From Octopus vulgaris (lineage: Eukaryota): DNA of 64,000 bases. Shown here piece by piece: positions 13,677-26,217 of this stretch. The notes beneath the pieces were generated by a model. That model searched no databases and had not been told where the DNA came from. It worked only from the letters and a program-made list of their open reading frames with translations. A program made the translations under genes and the position numbers. The stretch's first letter is position 1; each line of letters opens with the position of its first letter. Where the stretch lies: NCBI GenBank assembly GCA_951406725.2, contig OX597815.1:11594001-11658000 (forward strand), in the 5' to 3' direction.

Positions 13677-14486
13677 CGTGTGCCTATGTGTTCGTATAGA
13701 TTTGTATGTATAAACGTGTATATGAATGAATAAATATATGTAAGTTTATATATGTATATATTTATATATCACTAAATAATGTGAATGTGGGTTGTAGGTC
13801 TTGATATCTGTATGCACGTCAGCATGTGTTTTTTTGTGTCTGTATGAACTTCGACTTTTGTTTTTTTGAAAGCTGTGTGGTTTTGAAGATGACGTTGAGA
13901 CACTTATCAGATGTAGGAGCCATGCCCTACGCATATTTTTGATATGGTTTTCTATTCATTCATTTCCTATCTCTTTGGTTTCAATCATAACGTCAATGAG
14001 TCACAATTTAATTGACTCCCCATTTTATCATGTATTACTCCACCTCTCTCCCTCTCTTTCTCCTGCTCTCTTTTCTTCCACTCTGCATTTCTGCCTTTCT
14101 CTATACCTCATTCTCTGTCTATATTTACATATGCATATAATAGATATAGGTGTATGTTTGTGTGAGTGTGTGCATGTGTGCGTTTATTGTATCACAAGCT
14201 GAAGTATAGATTACACGCGAGTCTTCGTCGACAGCCGTCTGATCACATCTATGCCAGCAGAAAAGGGAGACGTGATAGTTAGGAAGACGTAAGATATATT
14301 GGAGTAATGTAATTGTCAAATTTAATTCAGAACTTAAGATATAAAGAGCAGAGTGCGCCAGTGCACAATACTTTGTTCCGGCACTAGGTTAGTGTCTGAA
14401 AGTGTGTATCATCACTACTTAGTGTCTAACCTCTGTAGGTGATCGAACACATATAAGTACTTATACATATATTCATGTATTCAATA

Positions 14487-14632
14487 GGCGCAGGAGTGGC
14501 TGTGTGGTAAGTAGCACGGTTCCGGGTTCGTTCCCACTGCGTGATACGTTAGGCAAGTGTCTTCTACTATAGACTCGGGCCAACCAAAGTCTTGTGAGTG
14601 GATTTGGTAGACGGAAACTGAAAGAAGCCCGT

Positions 14633-14699
<67 letters not shown>

Positions 14700-14917
14700 A
14701 TATATATGTTTGTGTATCTGTGTTTGTCCCCCAGCATCGCTTGACAACCGATGGTGGTGTGTTTGCGTCCCCGTAATTTAGCGGTTCGGCAGAAAAGACT
14801 GATGGAATAAGTTCTAGGCTTACAAAGAATAAGTCCTCGGGTCGATTTGCTTGACTAAAAGTAGTGCTCCAGCATGGCCGCAGTCAAATGAATGAAACAG
14901 GTAAAAGAGTAAAAGAG
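14487..14917 (+). mobile_element. SINE family B, near full length
   Basis: Head ggcgcaggagtggctgtgtggtaag, box-B-like gggttcgttccc, internal (TA)n, tail aaaagagtaaaagag. Confidence 0.93.
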
Positions 14918-15146
14918 ATAGACTCACAATTTACCGCAACCCCACTCACATACAAATTCCGATACATGATTATTTTTTATGAAATGTCCAAAATATTAGG
15001 AAATAGCAGTTTGTGTTTTATCAACGAGTATCTTCATCTATGCTTAGTAACAAATATTAATTGGCAGGTGCGTGGGTGGGTATGCTATTTGAGCGAATAC
15101 ACACATATATATATATATATATACATGCAGGCATACCTACATAAAT

Positions 15147-15181
<35 letters not shown>

Positions 15182-15304
15182 CATACAGGCATACATACAT
15201 AAATACACACATATATATTACCACTTACACAGACACAGAAACACATGTACGTACATACGTACGGTCCTCAGTACTCGATTGATGCAATGTGGCGAAACGC
15301 TTTC

Positions 15305-15625
15305 TTCTAAAAGAATTCTGTAAGATCGAATTGTCGATTGTTTGGTAGAACATTTATCACGGTAAATATTGTGTACTATTTGAACAGCTGCTCAGCTTTT
15401 ACAGCTCTTCCGAAAGTGTGTTAGTTAATGTTTCTTTTATTGCAACTTACTTAGTGTAACTAAAACGATTTTCACACAAGAAATAGCGCCGAAAGCGACA
15501 ATGAAATAATAGCCAAACAATGTTTAGTCTATAGCTGGCGCTTTTATGATAATTGTAATGAGAATTGTCCTGTCTATTTTACTTAGTTCTATGAGGGAAC
15601 AAACTTTAAAATTCGGCAGGTAATG
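15305..15625. repeat. Dispersed ~320-bp duplication, copy 2 (partner 10647-10965)
   Basis: Same orientation; core offset 4660 bp. Confidence 0.9.
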
Positions 15626-16246
15626 GTGGTTGACTACCACATTCACACATACGCAAATACATAAATGCATTCACACTGGATGACTCAAAACGCCACATTC
15701 ACACGCTCGTAGAACGAGCTGTTGAACATACATGTAGATTCAAAGAAGTATCTTATCTATTTGAATGATTGACAATCTAAATATCCCAACCCAAATATAT
15801 AAATCTATGTTCGCATCGTACGCATAACTCTGTATTAGTTTATCTGCCTATCTGCCTATCATTCTGCTTCTGTCTGTCTGTCTGTCTATCTATCTACCAA
15901 CCCACCCACCCACCTACCTACTTAACTACTAACCTACCTACATACATAATATCTATCATCAATCTATCTATCTATCTATCTACCTGGGTAAACCTCACCT
16001 GTCCTCCCCTTTACACTTCATATTGACATTTCTGTGATAACGATCCCTATTGATCAATCCCCTCCTTTTTTATAATTTTTATCTTTTTATTTTATCCCCT
16101 CCCCTTTTTTGTCCTCTTTCTTTCCTTTTACGATCCCTTTTGATCGAAAACCAAACCCCCTTTTTTTACCCCCAAAAGAAAAGCTCTACCTTGTAATTTG
16201 TCTTGTCTGTGTGCAGCCCTGTGTGGCTATCGTCTATGTGTCTGTC

Positions 16247-16248
16247 TG

Positions 16249-16309
<61 letters not shown>

Positions 16310-16312
16310 TTA

Positions 16313-16356
<44 letters not shown>

Positions 16357-16391
16357 TCTATCTATTTATCTCTCCACCTATCTATCTACCC
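16247..16391. repeat. (TATC)n/(TGTC)n microsatellite
   Basis: Direct reading. Confidence 0.95.
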
Positions 16392-16984
16392 ATACGCTTT
16401 GAAAGATCATAAAACTGCTTTCTGTCATTACACCTCCATTTGTTTTATCAACACATCTCCATCTGAATATAATCTGCGGAAACATATTTTATTTCATTCA
16501 GCCTCATATTCAGATCAAATACTATTGAACAACACGACAGGAGAGATTTATGTTTACATCCAAAGTTTTAGAGAAAAGTTTTACATCTTTAACTGAAAAG
16601 TCGAATTTTTTTCCCTTTTAGTTCGACATTTGTGATTGCTTCGGCTCATTTAACTAAGATATTCTCATGTCGGCCATCAAAGTCGCCTGATCTATCATCA
16701 ACATCACATCTCCATTAAAACTATACTTTCTTGCAAACCCTTCCTCTATGAGAAAAATTCAACCTGAATAATGAGGTACAACAACGAAAACTCTGACGTC
16801 ATTATTGGACCTTCGACTCAACAGAAATTACTGGTCTCGAAGAAGTTACCTAAGCACATTATAATGGAGTGAGAAATACCTATTAATAGAAAGGGACTTA
16901 TTCGAGATGAAAAATTGTTGAAATTAGAAAAATATGAATATCCAATCAGCTAATTGTTTCCATAATGCCTACTGTCATTTATTT

Positions 16985-17301
16985 GGTGGAAGCACTCCGT
17001 CGGTTACGACGATGAGGGTTCCAGTTGATCCGAATCAACGGAACAGCCTGCTCGTGAAATTAACGGGTAAGTGGCTGAGCACTCCACAGACACGTGTACC
17101 CTTAACGTAGTTCTCGGGGATATTCAGCGTGACACAGAGAGTGACAAGGCCGGCCCTTTGAAATACAGGTACAACAGAAACAGAAAGTAAGAGTGAGAGA
17201 GAAAGTTGTGGTGAAAGAGTACAGCAGGGATCACCACCATCCCCTGCCGGGGCCTCGTGGAGCTTTATGTGTTTTCGCTCAATAAACACTCACAACGCCC
17301 G
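16985..17301 (-). mobile_element. SINE family C (OR1-like), 5'-truncated, with TSD
   Basis: Matches 55544-55940; 11-bp TSD gtcatttattt at 16974-16984 and 17302-17312. Confidence 0.92.
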
Positions 17302-18091
17302 GTCATTTATTTAACGAGTTAACAAGTACAATTAGTGTTGTGTAGCGTAAAAAGTATTAAATATTCTAGATTTGTGACTAGGAAAGCCGTGCAAATTCAT
17401 ACGTAACGATACAATATAATCAGTAAACCTCAAATGTATTTTATTATATTTTGTAAGGATTTTTCCTGCGAAATTTTACCATCTGCTTCTGAAGAGAATT
17501 TACAAGATTCATCACTTTAACAATGACACACACTTAAAGATCTGTTAAAAGAGATAATTTAACATATACAAGATACAACCATTCTTTTATAAAAGACAAA
17601 GCAACAGAAAAAAATATCAATGATTTCTTATAACGTGTCTTTTCATCTTCAAGTTCCTACCCGACTAGCAAAATATGTAAATATCTCTCAAAACACCCCA
17701 AATATTACAAATTATTAGTAGAAGCAAGATTAAGTTCACATACTTAGCCACTTACAATTTTATACACTCATTCACCTTGTCATATGTAACCAAAAAAAAA
17801 AAAAAAATCTAGCCAGTCTATCATTGCAACTTCTCCACATAATTGCAATTGGAAATTTCAGTTACAATGTCAAATACAATGCAGAAGCTACTGAGAATAC
17901 TGAGACACAGACAATAGTGGAATGATGTCGAAGTAACAACAACAACAAACACTGACAATATAACCCCCGACCAACTATGCGAGACCGTGTGTGTGTGTAT
18001 ATGTGTGTGTGTGTAAGTGTCTGTGTGTGCGTGTGTAAGTGTAAGAAAAGTCAGATTTAGTAACAGAAGAGTATTCTAGTGAAATGAATTA

Positions 18092-18475
18092 TCTTTATAT
18101 ATAAAAGTGAAGTTGTGTGTCTGTCTCCTACGATTTAGATTCCTAACTACTCACACATTTTGCGGTGCAGTGTAACCAAAAGCGGGTATCATATCGAGCC
18201 CTTCTGGGTATTAGCGCGTGTATACGATGAGTCTACGATTTAAAAAAAAAAATTAACATAATTTTTCCGCATTTTTAATGCATTTTCGCTCGGTTTATAT
18301 AAGGGAAGTAACTCTCTAAAAATGTATTATTAAATCTCAGAACGTAAAAAGCTACAATAACCCCCCCCCCTTTGTGTTTAACCATATTGAGATGGCTATT
18401 ATACTTTACATCTCTAAAAATGCTTATATAGTTATTTCCCTTACAAATCCGAGCAACGCCAGGCGATACTGCTAG
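18092..18475 (+). mobile_element. Non-autonomous Helitron, copy 1
   Basis: 5' TC, 3' CTAG, subterminal hairpin ccgagcaacgccagg, inserted between A and T with no TSD; homologous to 45929-46322. Confidence 0.88.
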
Positions 18476-19155
18476 TCTTTTATATAACCTTTTTGTAAAC
18501 CACTGTGGATAAATCCCAGCAATGGCTTTCTGAGACTCTCCAATATTTCAAAATTATAAATAGACACAATATATATCAGAGTGACAAACTAGGAAGGTGG
18601 TTGTGAGATGTGCTTGAAACAACACCCAGGTTTCCCTTAAAATATGACACCTTTCCGTCTGAAATTATTTACATTTTTTTCTTTGTTACCAAAAGGGCTC
18701 CTCCCATGGTTTTTAAGTTTGTAGAAACATGAAAGTTGGCAAAAATCGGTCTGCAGTTGGAAGATTGTGATAGGGGTGAGAAAAAGCCATAAATTCTGGA
18801 ATTTTACTTTTATAAAATGGTGCCTCTCATCATTTCAAAAGTGTGGTGAAAAACAAATTGGAGAAATCCCCGTCACAAGAGAGAAAACCAAACTTATGTG
18901 GGAATACGCATGTAAAATTCCGCCTAATTGTCCCCAAGAAGTCCTCCTTATATCCAAGACAGGTTAAGTGATTGATGTTGAAATATTGGTCTTTGCGAAT
19001 GTTAGATCCAAAGAAGCTGATTGTCGGGCAGGAATTCTCGAAATGGCAGAATCATTAATGCGTCAAAGAGAATGTCTTATAATATCAATTGCAGTTGTCG
19101 GAGTTCAAATCTTTGGTCGAAGCATATCTAAATTATCTACAATATATAATATATT

Positions 19156-19510
19156 GTGGAGGCGCAATGGCCAAGTGTTTAGGGTTTCGATTCCTATACT
19201 GGGTGCTGTGAGTATTTCATTGAGCGGAAACACCTAAAGTTCCACGCTTCTCCGTCAGAGGTTGTAGGCGATCCCTGCTGTACTCTTTCACCACAAATTT
19301 CTCTCACTCTTTCTTCCTGTGTCTGTTGTGACTGTATTTCAAACGGCTAACCTTGTCACACTCTGTGACATGCTGAATCTCCTCCGAGAACAAAGTTAAA
19401 GGTACATGTGTCTGTGGAGTGCTCAACCACTTGCACTTTAATTTCACGAGCAAGCTGTTCCGTTGATCGGATCAACTGGTACCCTTATCGTCATTACCGA
19501 TTGAGTGCCC
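19156..19510 (+). mobile_element. SINE family C, head partly deleted
   Basis: gtggaggcgcaatggcc head; body matches the reverse complement of 55544-55940. Confidence 0.9.
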
Positions 19511-20010
19511 CTATACACACACACGCACTAAAACAAACTGAGGTTCACTACATCTGATTCAGACATGTATTTTTATTGTGTATGCACATTGATTCTCTCA
19601 TTTTCATGTCGGTTCTTCACCTGATCAAAACGGTTACATGACATAATTCATTTTTCCATAAACTAACACGTCTGAAGTATTTGTGTTATTATTTAGACTA
19701 CACCACACTCTGAACATTCCGTACGTTGAATCTTGATCCTTCAGTGGACCGTAGATTGCATGACGGAGTATACTCTTTTATGATCATATGTATATTTGGT
19801 CTATGTATGAGTAACTGTAAGGACAAATCTGTATATGCTTTAGTAAGTACGAAAGTGTTTGTACATATTGTTAATACCCAGGTATGCCATCCTCGAATCT
19901 ACATCGGTGAATTTGTTATTAAAATACTTCGTTTCTATTGGCTTCTGAAAATAATTACACACACACACACACATGCAGATTGAGAGATAGATGTACATCT
20001 AGATATATAC

Positions 20011-20046
<36 letters not shown>

Positions 20047-21289
20047 GTATATATCTAGATATATAAACCATACAACTATATTTGATGTAGTTTCCTGTTA
20101 TAAGTGTGTCTTTTAATGAATTATGATAAAGCCTTGAATCAAAACAAAACAAATCAAAAAAAGAAAAGCACAAGCATCAATGTTAAATAAGTACCAGAAG
20201 ACACAAGAAAAACTAAAAACCTACGTGAAAGATACAGAACTACTGTTCCACATATTTGGGATTGATAGAATCAGAACATGGAGGGGAGCAAATTTGAAAT
20301 TGCGTGATTTTATTATGCCTTTCAGATCGGCAAGTTCACTCGCTGATAATAAAACTATGATAACGTATACTACAAAATCAGTATTCCTCAATGATAGCGC
20401 CACTTTGTATATAAAGTCTGGTATCATCAAAATATCGGTCAACACATACTCAAATATATCTGCTCGCAGGTTACAAGAGAGACACGTGTCTTTAGACGAA
20501 TTGAATTTCTGTATAATTCACGAGCATAGATTTTAAAGGGAGTAAGTTTTCTCTACCCAACCAAAACACCGTTAATTTGGATCTCTGGCACATCTCTGTA
20601 GAATTTATGCACATTGTGACTGCGAATTCCAGCAAACTTTTGCACCATAATATATTATATCATTGACGGTATATGTTTAAGAATTTGTATATCTCGTCGT
20701 CATACAAAATAGACTGAGGTTCTCTGACTTGAATTTCTACAAATCTCACTGAAAATCAATTAATTCTGAGTTTTCAACCTGTACAAGCTCAAGCATACTT
20801 ATAGGTAACAAAATGGATCATTATGACAATACCACAGATAAGAACTAGCTATATATCAGGAGGGGAAAAATAGAAAAAAACTGCAGAAGCTTTATGTTTG
20901 AGACTTTGAACAATTTTCCTATCTGCTATCTTATGACAACGTGCAAACAAATACCTAAAACGAATCGTTCATAGAAACTGAAAGCGAAATATAATGCTTC
21001 CACAAGATGTGAGAAGAGTAAATGAAAGCAGTCTTATGGAGTCATCAATAAAATAATTCTAGCCCTGTAAATAAAAGATATATAGTTTCAAGGAGGCGAC
21101 TCACTGTATACACACAAAAGGTAAATGGAATTACGGATGAACTCTTCAACAAAGTTTTCACCATCAAACTTTGTACATATGAAGTTAACTGACCAAGATA
21201 AGATCGTCAATTCTGAAGGTTCTATTGGGAAACGGTTGTAATCAACCACGTTGATACAAAGCAAATTGCAATATTTGTTCGAGAAATAA

Positions 21290-21490
21290 GGTAGCGAGTT
21301 GGCAGAGTCGTTTGAATGCCGAGCAAAATGCTTTACATAATTTTTTACCGCCTTCACGTTCTGAGTTGAAATTCCGCCGAGATCGACATTACCTTTCGTA
21401 CTTTCATTATCGATAAATTAAGAAACAGCTGAACATTGGGGTAAATGTTGTTGACCCCGGAATTGCTAGTCATACGCCAAAATTTGAAAT
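21290..21490 (+). mobile_element. SINE family A, older subfamily, with TSD
   Basis: gcgagttggcaga head, gttctgagttgaaattccgccgag; 17-bp TSD caatatttgttcgagaa at 21269-21285 and 21491-21507. Confidence 0.85.
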
Positions 21491-22140
21491 CAATATTTGT
21501 TCGAGAATAAAAGAAAATTTTATCGTCAAAATGTTAAGCTATGAAACAAACTTGAAGGATTCTATCTCACTTTATACATCAACAAAACACGCAGAATATA
21601 TACCACGAAAAACGGGAACGGACGTAAGAAGGCAAAAGGAGAAACAAAAAAGAGAGAAAGGATGTAGGAGAAAGAGAAATACTGATTATACTTTTGGGAG
21701 AAAATTACTAGTAAAGGGGTAACCAATTGTTATGTCGCACGTTCGGATGAGTTCTACTCAACTCTACTCATAGTCTACACAGCTGTGCTCCGTGACGTCA
21801 AGGATTCTCCCTCTATATCTACGTATTGTGCTAGCCTACTTTATTGTCTGGGGGTGTCCATGCAACACCAATATAGATCTTATGCTAGGAAAACCTGCCG
21901 TTCATAAATCTTACGGTAAAAGGACTGTATATCACGCTGCTACTCAATGAATCAAACGTAACTATAACATATATATATTCCATGACCTCTTTCGACAAAG
22001 AACAACAAATATATTCATAAAGGATGAGTTCTCAGCTTAACTGAAATACAAAGAGAATCGCTGTATTATTTATTTTCATGAATCAAGTTGATTTAAAATA
22101 ACAATATAAACTTAATAACAATAAGCAACTACTAAAAAAT

Positions 22141-22355
22141 TATTTCAAATTTTCGCACAATGCCAGCAATTTCAGGGAAGGGAAGCCACTTCCCTGAAAT
22201 TGCATCGACCCCGGCGTTCCATTGGTACATATTTTATCGAAGCCGAGAGGATGAAATGTAAAGTCGACCTCGGTGGAATTTGAACCCAAAACGTAAAGAC
22301 GGATGAGATGTCGCTAAGCATTTTATTCGGTGTACTTGACGATGCTGCCAGCGTC
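22141..22355 (-). mobile_element. SINE family A, degenerate
   Basis: aggatgaaatgtaaagtcgacctcggtggaatttgaac...gctgccagc. Confidence 0.85.
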
Positions 22356-22663
22356 AAGGTTGTACTAAATAATAAAAACATGATTATAATGACAAAAAAT
22401 AAGAACGATTGCTTTAATTTGTCACAGGCAGCGCGGAACATATCTGTGTATTCATTATTTATACACTAATTAATTAAATCTCTATTCTTAATCATGGAGA
22501 CTGAATAGAAAATGATTTACTGTAGAAGTCTAACGAGAGCAAAACCTGTCCGTTCCGTCTAGCAGTTTGATTTAGATATCAATTCAACTTCAATCTGCAT
22601 TGTCTGTAAAATCCCTTACAGTTTAATCAACAGAGCATCTTTGAGATCTGTTCCTAACTTATA

Positions 22664-23033
22664 GGCGCACGAGTGGCTTTGTGGTAAGTAGCTTGCTAAC
22701 CAACCACATAGTGTCTTCTGCTATAGCCCCGGGCCGACTAATGCCTTGTGAGTGGATTTGGTAGACGGAAACTGAAAGAATCCTGTCGTATATATGTATA
22801 CATATATATATGTATGTGTGTGTTTGTGTGTCTGTGTTTGTCCCCCCAACATCATTTGACAACCGATGCTGGTGTGCTTACGTCCCCGTCACTTAGCGGT
22901 TCGGCAAAAGAGACCGATATAATAAGTACTGGGCTTACAAAGAATAAGTCCCGGGGTTGATTTGTTCGACTAAAGGCGGTGCTCCAGCATGGCCCCAGTC
23001 AAATGACTGAAACAAGTAAAAGAGTAAAAGAGT
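22664..23033 (+). mobile_element. SINE family B with internal deletion of the box-B region
   Basis: Matches 14487-14917. Confidence 0.92.
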
Positions 23034-23256
23034 ATGTTAATATTAATTTTAATCCGCTTAATTCTGTTTATAGAAAAAAATTACTTGGGTAATCTAAAAA
23101 GATCTAAGTTTCCCATCTCGCTCGTTATAATAATGAGGTTGTCTTCTCATCCATGATTTTAATAAAATAGATCAATAACGAGTTAGTACATTTCCAAGAA
23201 CAAACACCATCCCCCCTATAAAGTACTGAAGAAAGGATATCCCGATCAAGAGACAT

Positions 23257-23982
23257 GATTTCGAGCCGGGTCGTCTGCTGCTGGAGAGGACCGATCAGGT
23301 AAAGGACCTAGGTATCTTGGTAGATTCCTCCTTTTCGCCTTCGGCCCAGTGCGTCCATGCTGCCAACAAAGCACGCGGAATTCTGTTCTTGATTCGACGG
23401 TCATTCGGAATGCTCACAGCAGCCATATTCCTACCACTCTATGTCACGCTGGTGAAACCCATATTGGAGTATGGGATTCAAGCCTCTTCTCCTTATCTCC
23501 TCAGAGACATACAGCATCTCGAAAGAGTCCAGAAGCTGGCTACCCGCATGGTTCATGGTCTCAAAAATTTGTCCTCCGAAGAAAGGCTGAGGACGCTCGA
23601 CCTTTATTCTCTTGAAAAACGCCGCCGCCGTAGTGATCTCATTCTCGCCCACAACATCATAAGCGGAAAGTGTAACCTCTCGAAAGAGCTGTTCTTCACT
23701 CCTGCTCCAGAGCGTCGGCTGCGGGGTCATTCCGAAAAGCTCTACCTGCGACGATTTCATCTCAATCGAAGGAGAGGATCTTTCTCCGTCCGGGTTGCGG
23801 ATCCGTGGAACAAGCTGCCAGACGAGATGGTAAAGATGCCGACGACCGCTTTGTTCAAAGCCTCCCTGGACCTCAAGTGGCCTGAACTCTTTACATGAAC
23901 ACCACCCTGTACTTAACTCCATGTCCCCCTACATGGCCTTGCTATTTGCTTTTGAGCCAAATTAACTAACTAACTAACTAAC
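23257..23982 (+). mobile_element. CR1-clade LINE, 5'-truncated; C-terminal ORF2 uninterrupted to the stop at 23898, then 3'UTR and (TAAC)n tail
   Basis: KDLGILVDS...LYVTLVKPILEY...LERVQKLATRM...LYSLEKRRRRSDLI...LRGHSEKL...FSVRVADPWNKLP are CR1/L2-type post-RT motifs; simple-repeat tail; splits an older family-B SINE fragment. Confidence 0.93.
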
Positions 23983-24150
23983 ATTAAGTGGAGTTGGTAA
24001 AGGGAAACTGGAAGAAACCCATTGTTTGTGTATATATATTTAGAGAGAGAGAGAGACACACACACACGCATGCATTCATACATGTGCACACATAAGTGTA
24101 AATATGTATATGTGTATATATGTGGTATACATATATGTATATATATATAT

Positions 24151-24347
24151 AATAAAATATTAGGGAATAAATCCAAACTTACAGGGAAAATCAGATTTAG
24201 GATTGAATCCAATTTTATAGTAAAATATTAAATTATATTAAATTAGAGATAAAACCACTATTAGGCAAATCATACAATGAAAAACTTATACATAAGATTA
24301 ATTAATTTATATTATTTTAAATATATATCAAAATTATGAAAAAGATA

Positions 24348-24350
<3 letters not shown>
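24151..24350 (-). mobile_element. AT-rich terminal fragment related to the cassette ending at ~25425
   Basis: aatattagggaataaa here is the reverse complement of tttattccctaatatt at ~25408-25423; both abut (TA)n. Confidence 0.55.
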
Positions 24351-24407
<57 letters not shown>

Positions 24408-24607
24408 AAATAAGGCTAAAGAAAATTCTTTAGCCCTTATTTTTACGTTGTTTATAATTTTAGCCTTAAAGGTATTTTTATATGTTGCCACATTTTTGAT
24501 GGAATTTTCTTTTTCTGTAAAAAAGCTTCATCCTATATTAGTAGTATGGAATTTTTTTTTCTGTAAAAAAGCTTCATCCTATATTAGTAGTATGAATATA
24601 TATACAT

Positions 24608-25327
24608 ATATGTATATAATTTAGAGATGGACCACCATTTCACAACTCAGTCAGTGAAGAACCCATCCAAAACAATGCTGTGAGACATATGACATATAAA
24701 GAAAACATTTATCATAAAAATATTAATCTAAAATCATATAGATTATAAATTGAACGATAAAAATTAATACAATAATATAATGTATAAAGTTAGTACTTGT
24801 ATATTGACTACGCGCGTTTCATGGCTGAATTAGGACTATATAAAATCATATAAGAAACCATATCCAAGTTCATTAGAACTTTATATATATATATATATTT
24901 TATTCCTTGTTATGTTCTCATTATTTTATTATCTTATTATTTTTTATTCCTTATCATAATATGACGTAAGGTAACTTTTTGTTTTAGTTTCTTTTTAGGA
25001 ATTTGACCTGAGGAGTGACTGATTTGGGTAGTATAATCATATTCCATTCTAATGAACTTGGATAAAGTTTCTTATATGATTTTATATAGTCCTAATTCAG
25101 CCATGAAACGCGCGTAGTCAATGTACTAGTACTTACATTATACATTATATTATTGTATTGATTTTTATTTTTCAATTCATACTTTATATGATTTTAGATT
25201 AATATTTTTATGATGAATGTTTTCTTTGTATCATATTCAATTTTGTACGGTATATGTCTCACAGCATGGTTTTGGACGGGCTCTTCATTGAGTTGTGGTT
25301 CGTCTCTAAATTAGTTATATACATATA
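24608..25327. repeat. Inverted repeat, arms ~24608-24878 and ~25047-25327
   Basis: attgactacgcgcgtttcatggctgaattaggactatataaaatcatataagaaac (from 24803) versus gtttcttatatgattttatatagtcctaattcagccatgaaacgcgcgtagtcaat (to 25122); outer parts align with indels. Confidence 0.93.
25003..25121 (+). ncRNA. Type-I hammerhead ribozyme motif with 74-nt stem-II insertion
   Basis: TTGAC CTGAGGA GTGACTGA [74 nt] TCAGCCAT GAAAC GCGC GTA| GTCAA: 5-bp stem I, intact core, 7/8-bp stem II, palindromic ACGCGCGT stem III, GUA cleavage triplet. Confidence 0.8.
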
Positions 25328-25422
25328 TTATATATTATATATTATATATTACGAAATGCGATAGAATATTATTATACTAAATTCTACCTGTAAGGCTGGA
25401 ATAATAGTTTATTCCCTAATAT

Positions 25423-25459
<37 letters not shown>

Positions 25460-25935
25460 GAGTTGTGTGTGTATAAATACAAACACACACACATATATAT
25501 GTATATATATACAGATGCTTACAAGTGTATGTGCGTGTGTGAATATTCAATAATTATACGAAATTGTCTGTCCGTCTACTTCTGTTTGTGTATAGTAAAT
25601 GCCCGTAAGAGTGTGTACTTGCATATATAAGCATGCATGTGTACATGTATGCTAAGCAAGCACAGACGCATACGTGCATATGCTCACACGCACTCACACA
25701 TACATACAAACGCACCCACTCTTCTCTAGAGCTTGAGAAGTTATCAAATAGACAAGCTAGGACAAGTTTGAATAATGTTTACTAAGTTGTTCTTGAAATT
25801 TTGCTTATAAAATCAGACATTCACACCTGCTTCCTTCTTAACGATGTGAAAACTTACAAATATTTCAGATACTCGAAAACTTCTCCCTTTCTTTCTATCG
25901 CTCTCAAACTATCTCTCCCTTTCTCACTCACACAC

Positions 25936-25965
25936 TCTATCTATCTATCTATATATCTATCTATA

Positions 25966-26041
<76 letters not shown>

Positions 26042-26042
26042 G

Positions 26043-26076
<34 letters not shown>

Positions 26077-26217
26077 GTTATCTATCTATCTATGTTATCT
26101 CTCTATCTATCTATCTCTCTATCTATCTATCTATCTATATATCTATCTCTCTCCCTCTCTCTCTCTATCTCTCTATCTATCTATCTCCCTCTCTCTCTCT
26201 ATCTATCTATGTTATCT
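25936..26217. repeat. (CTAT)n/(CT)n microsatellite
   Basis: Direct reading. Confidence 0.95.

Noticed and set aside
21793-21800. Perfect CRE palindrome TGACGTCA
   Set aside because: A single 8-mer is expected by chance at this window size; no promoter or gene to tie it to
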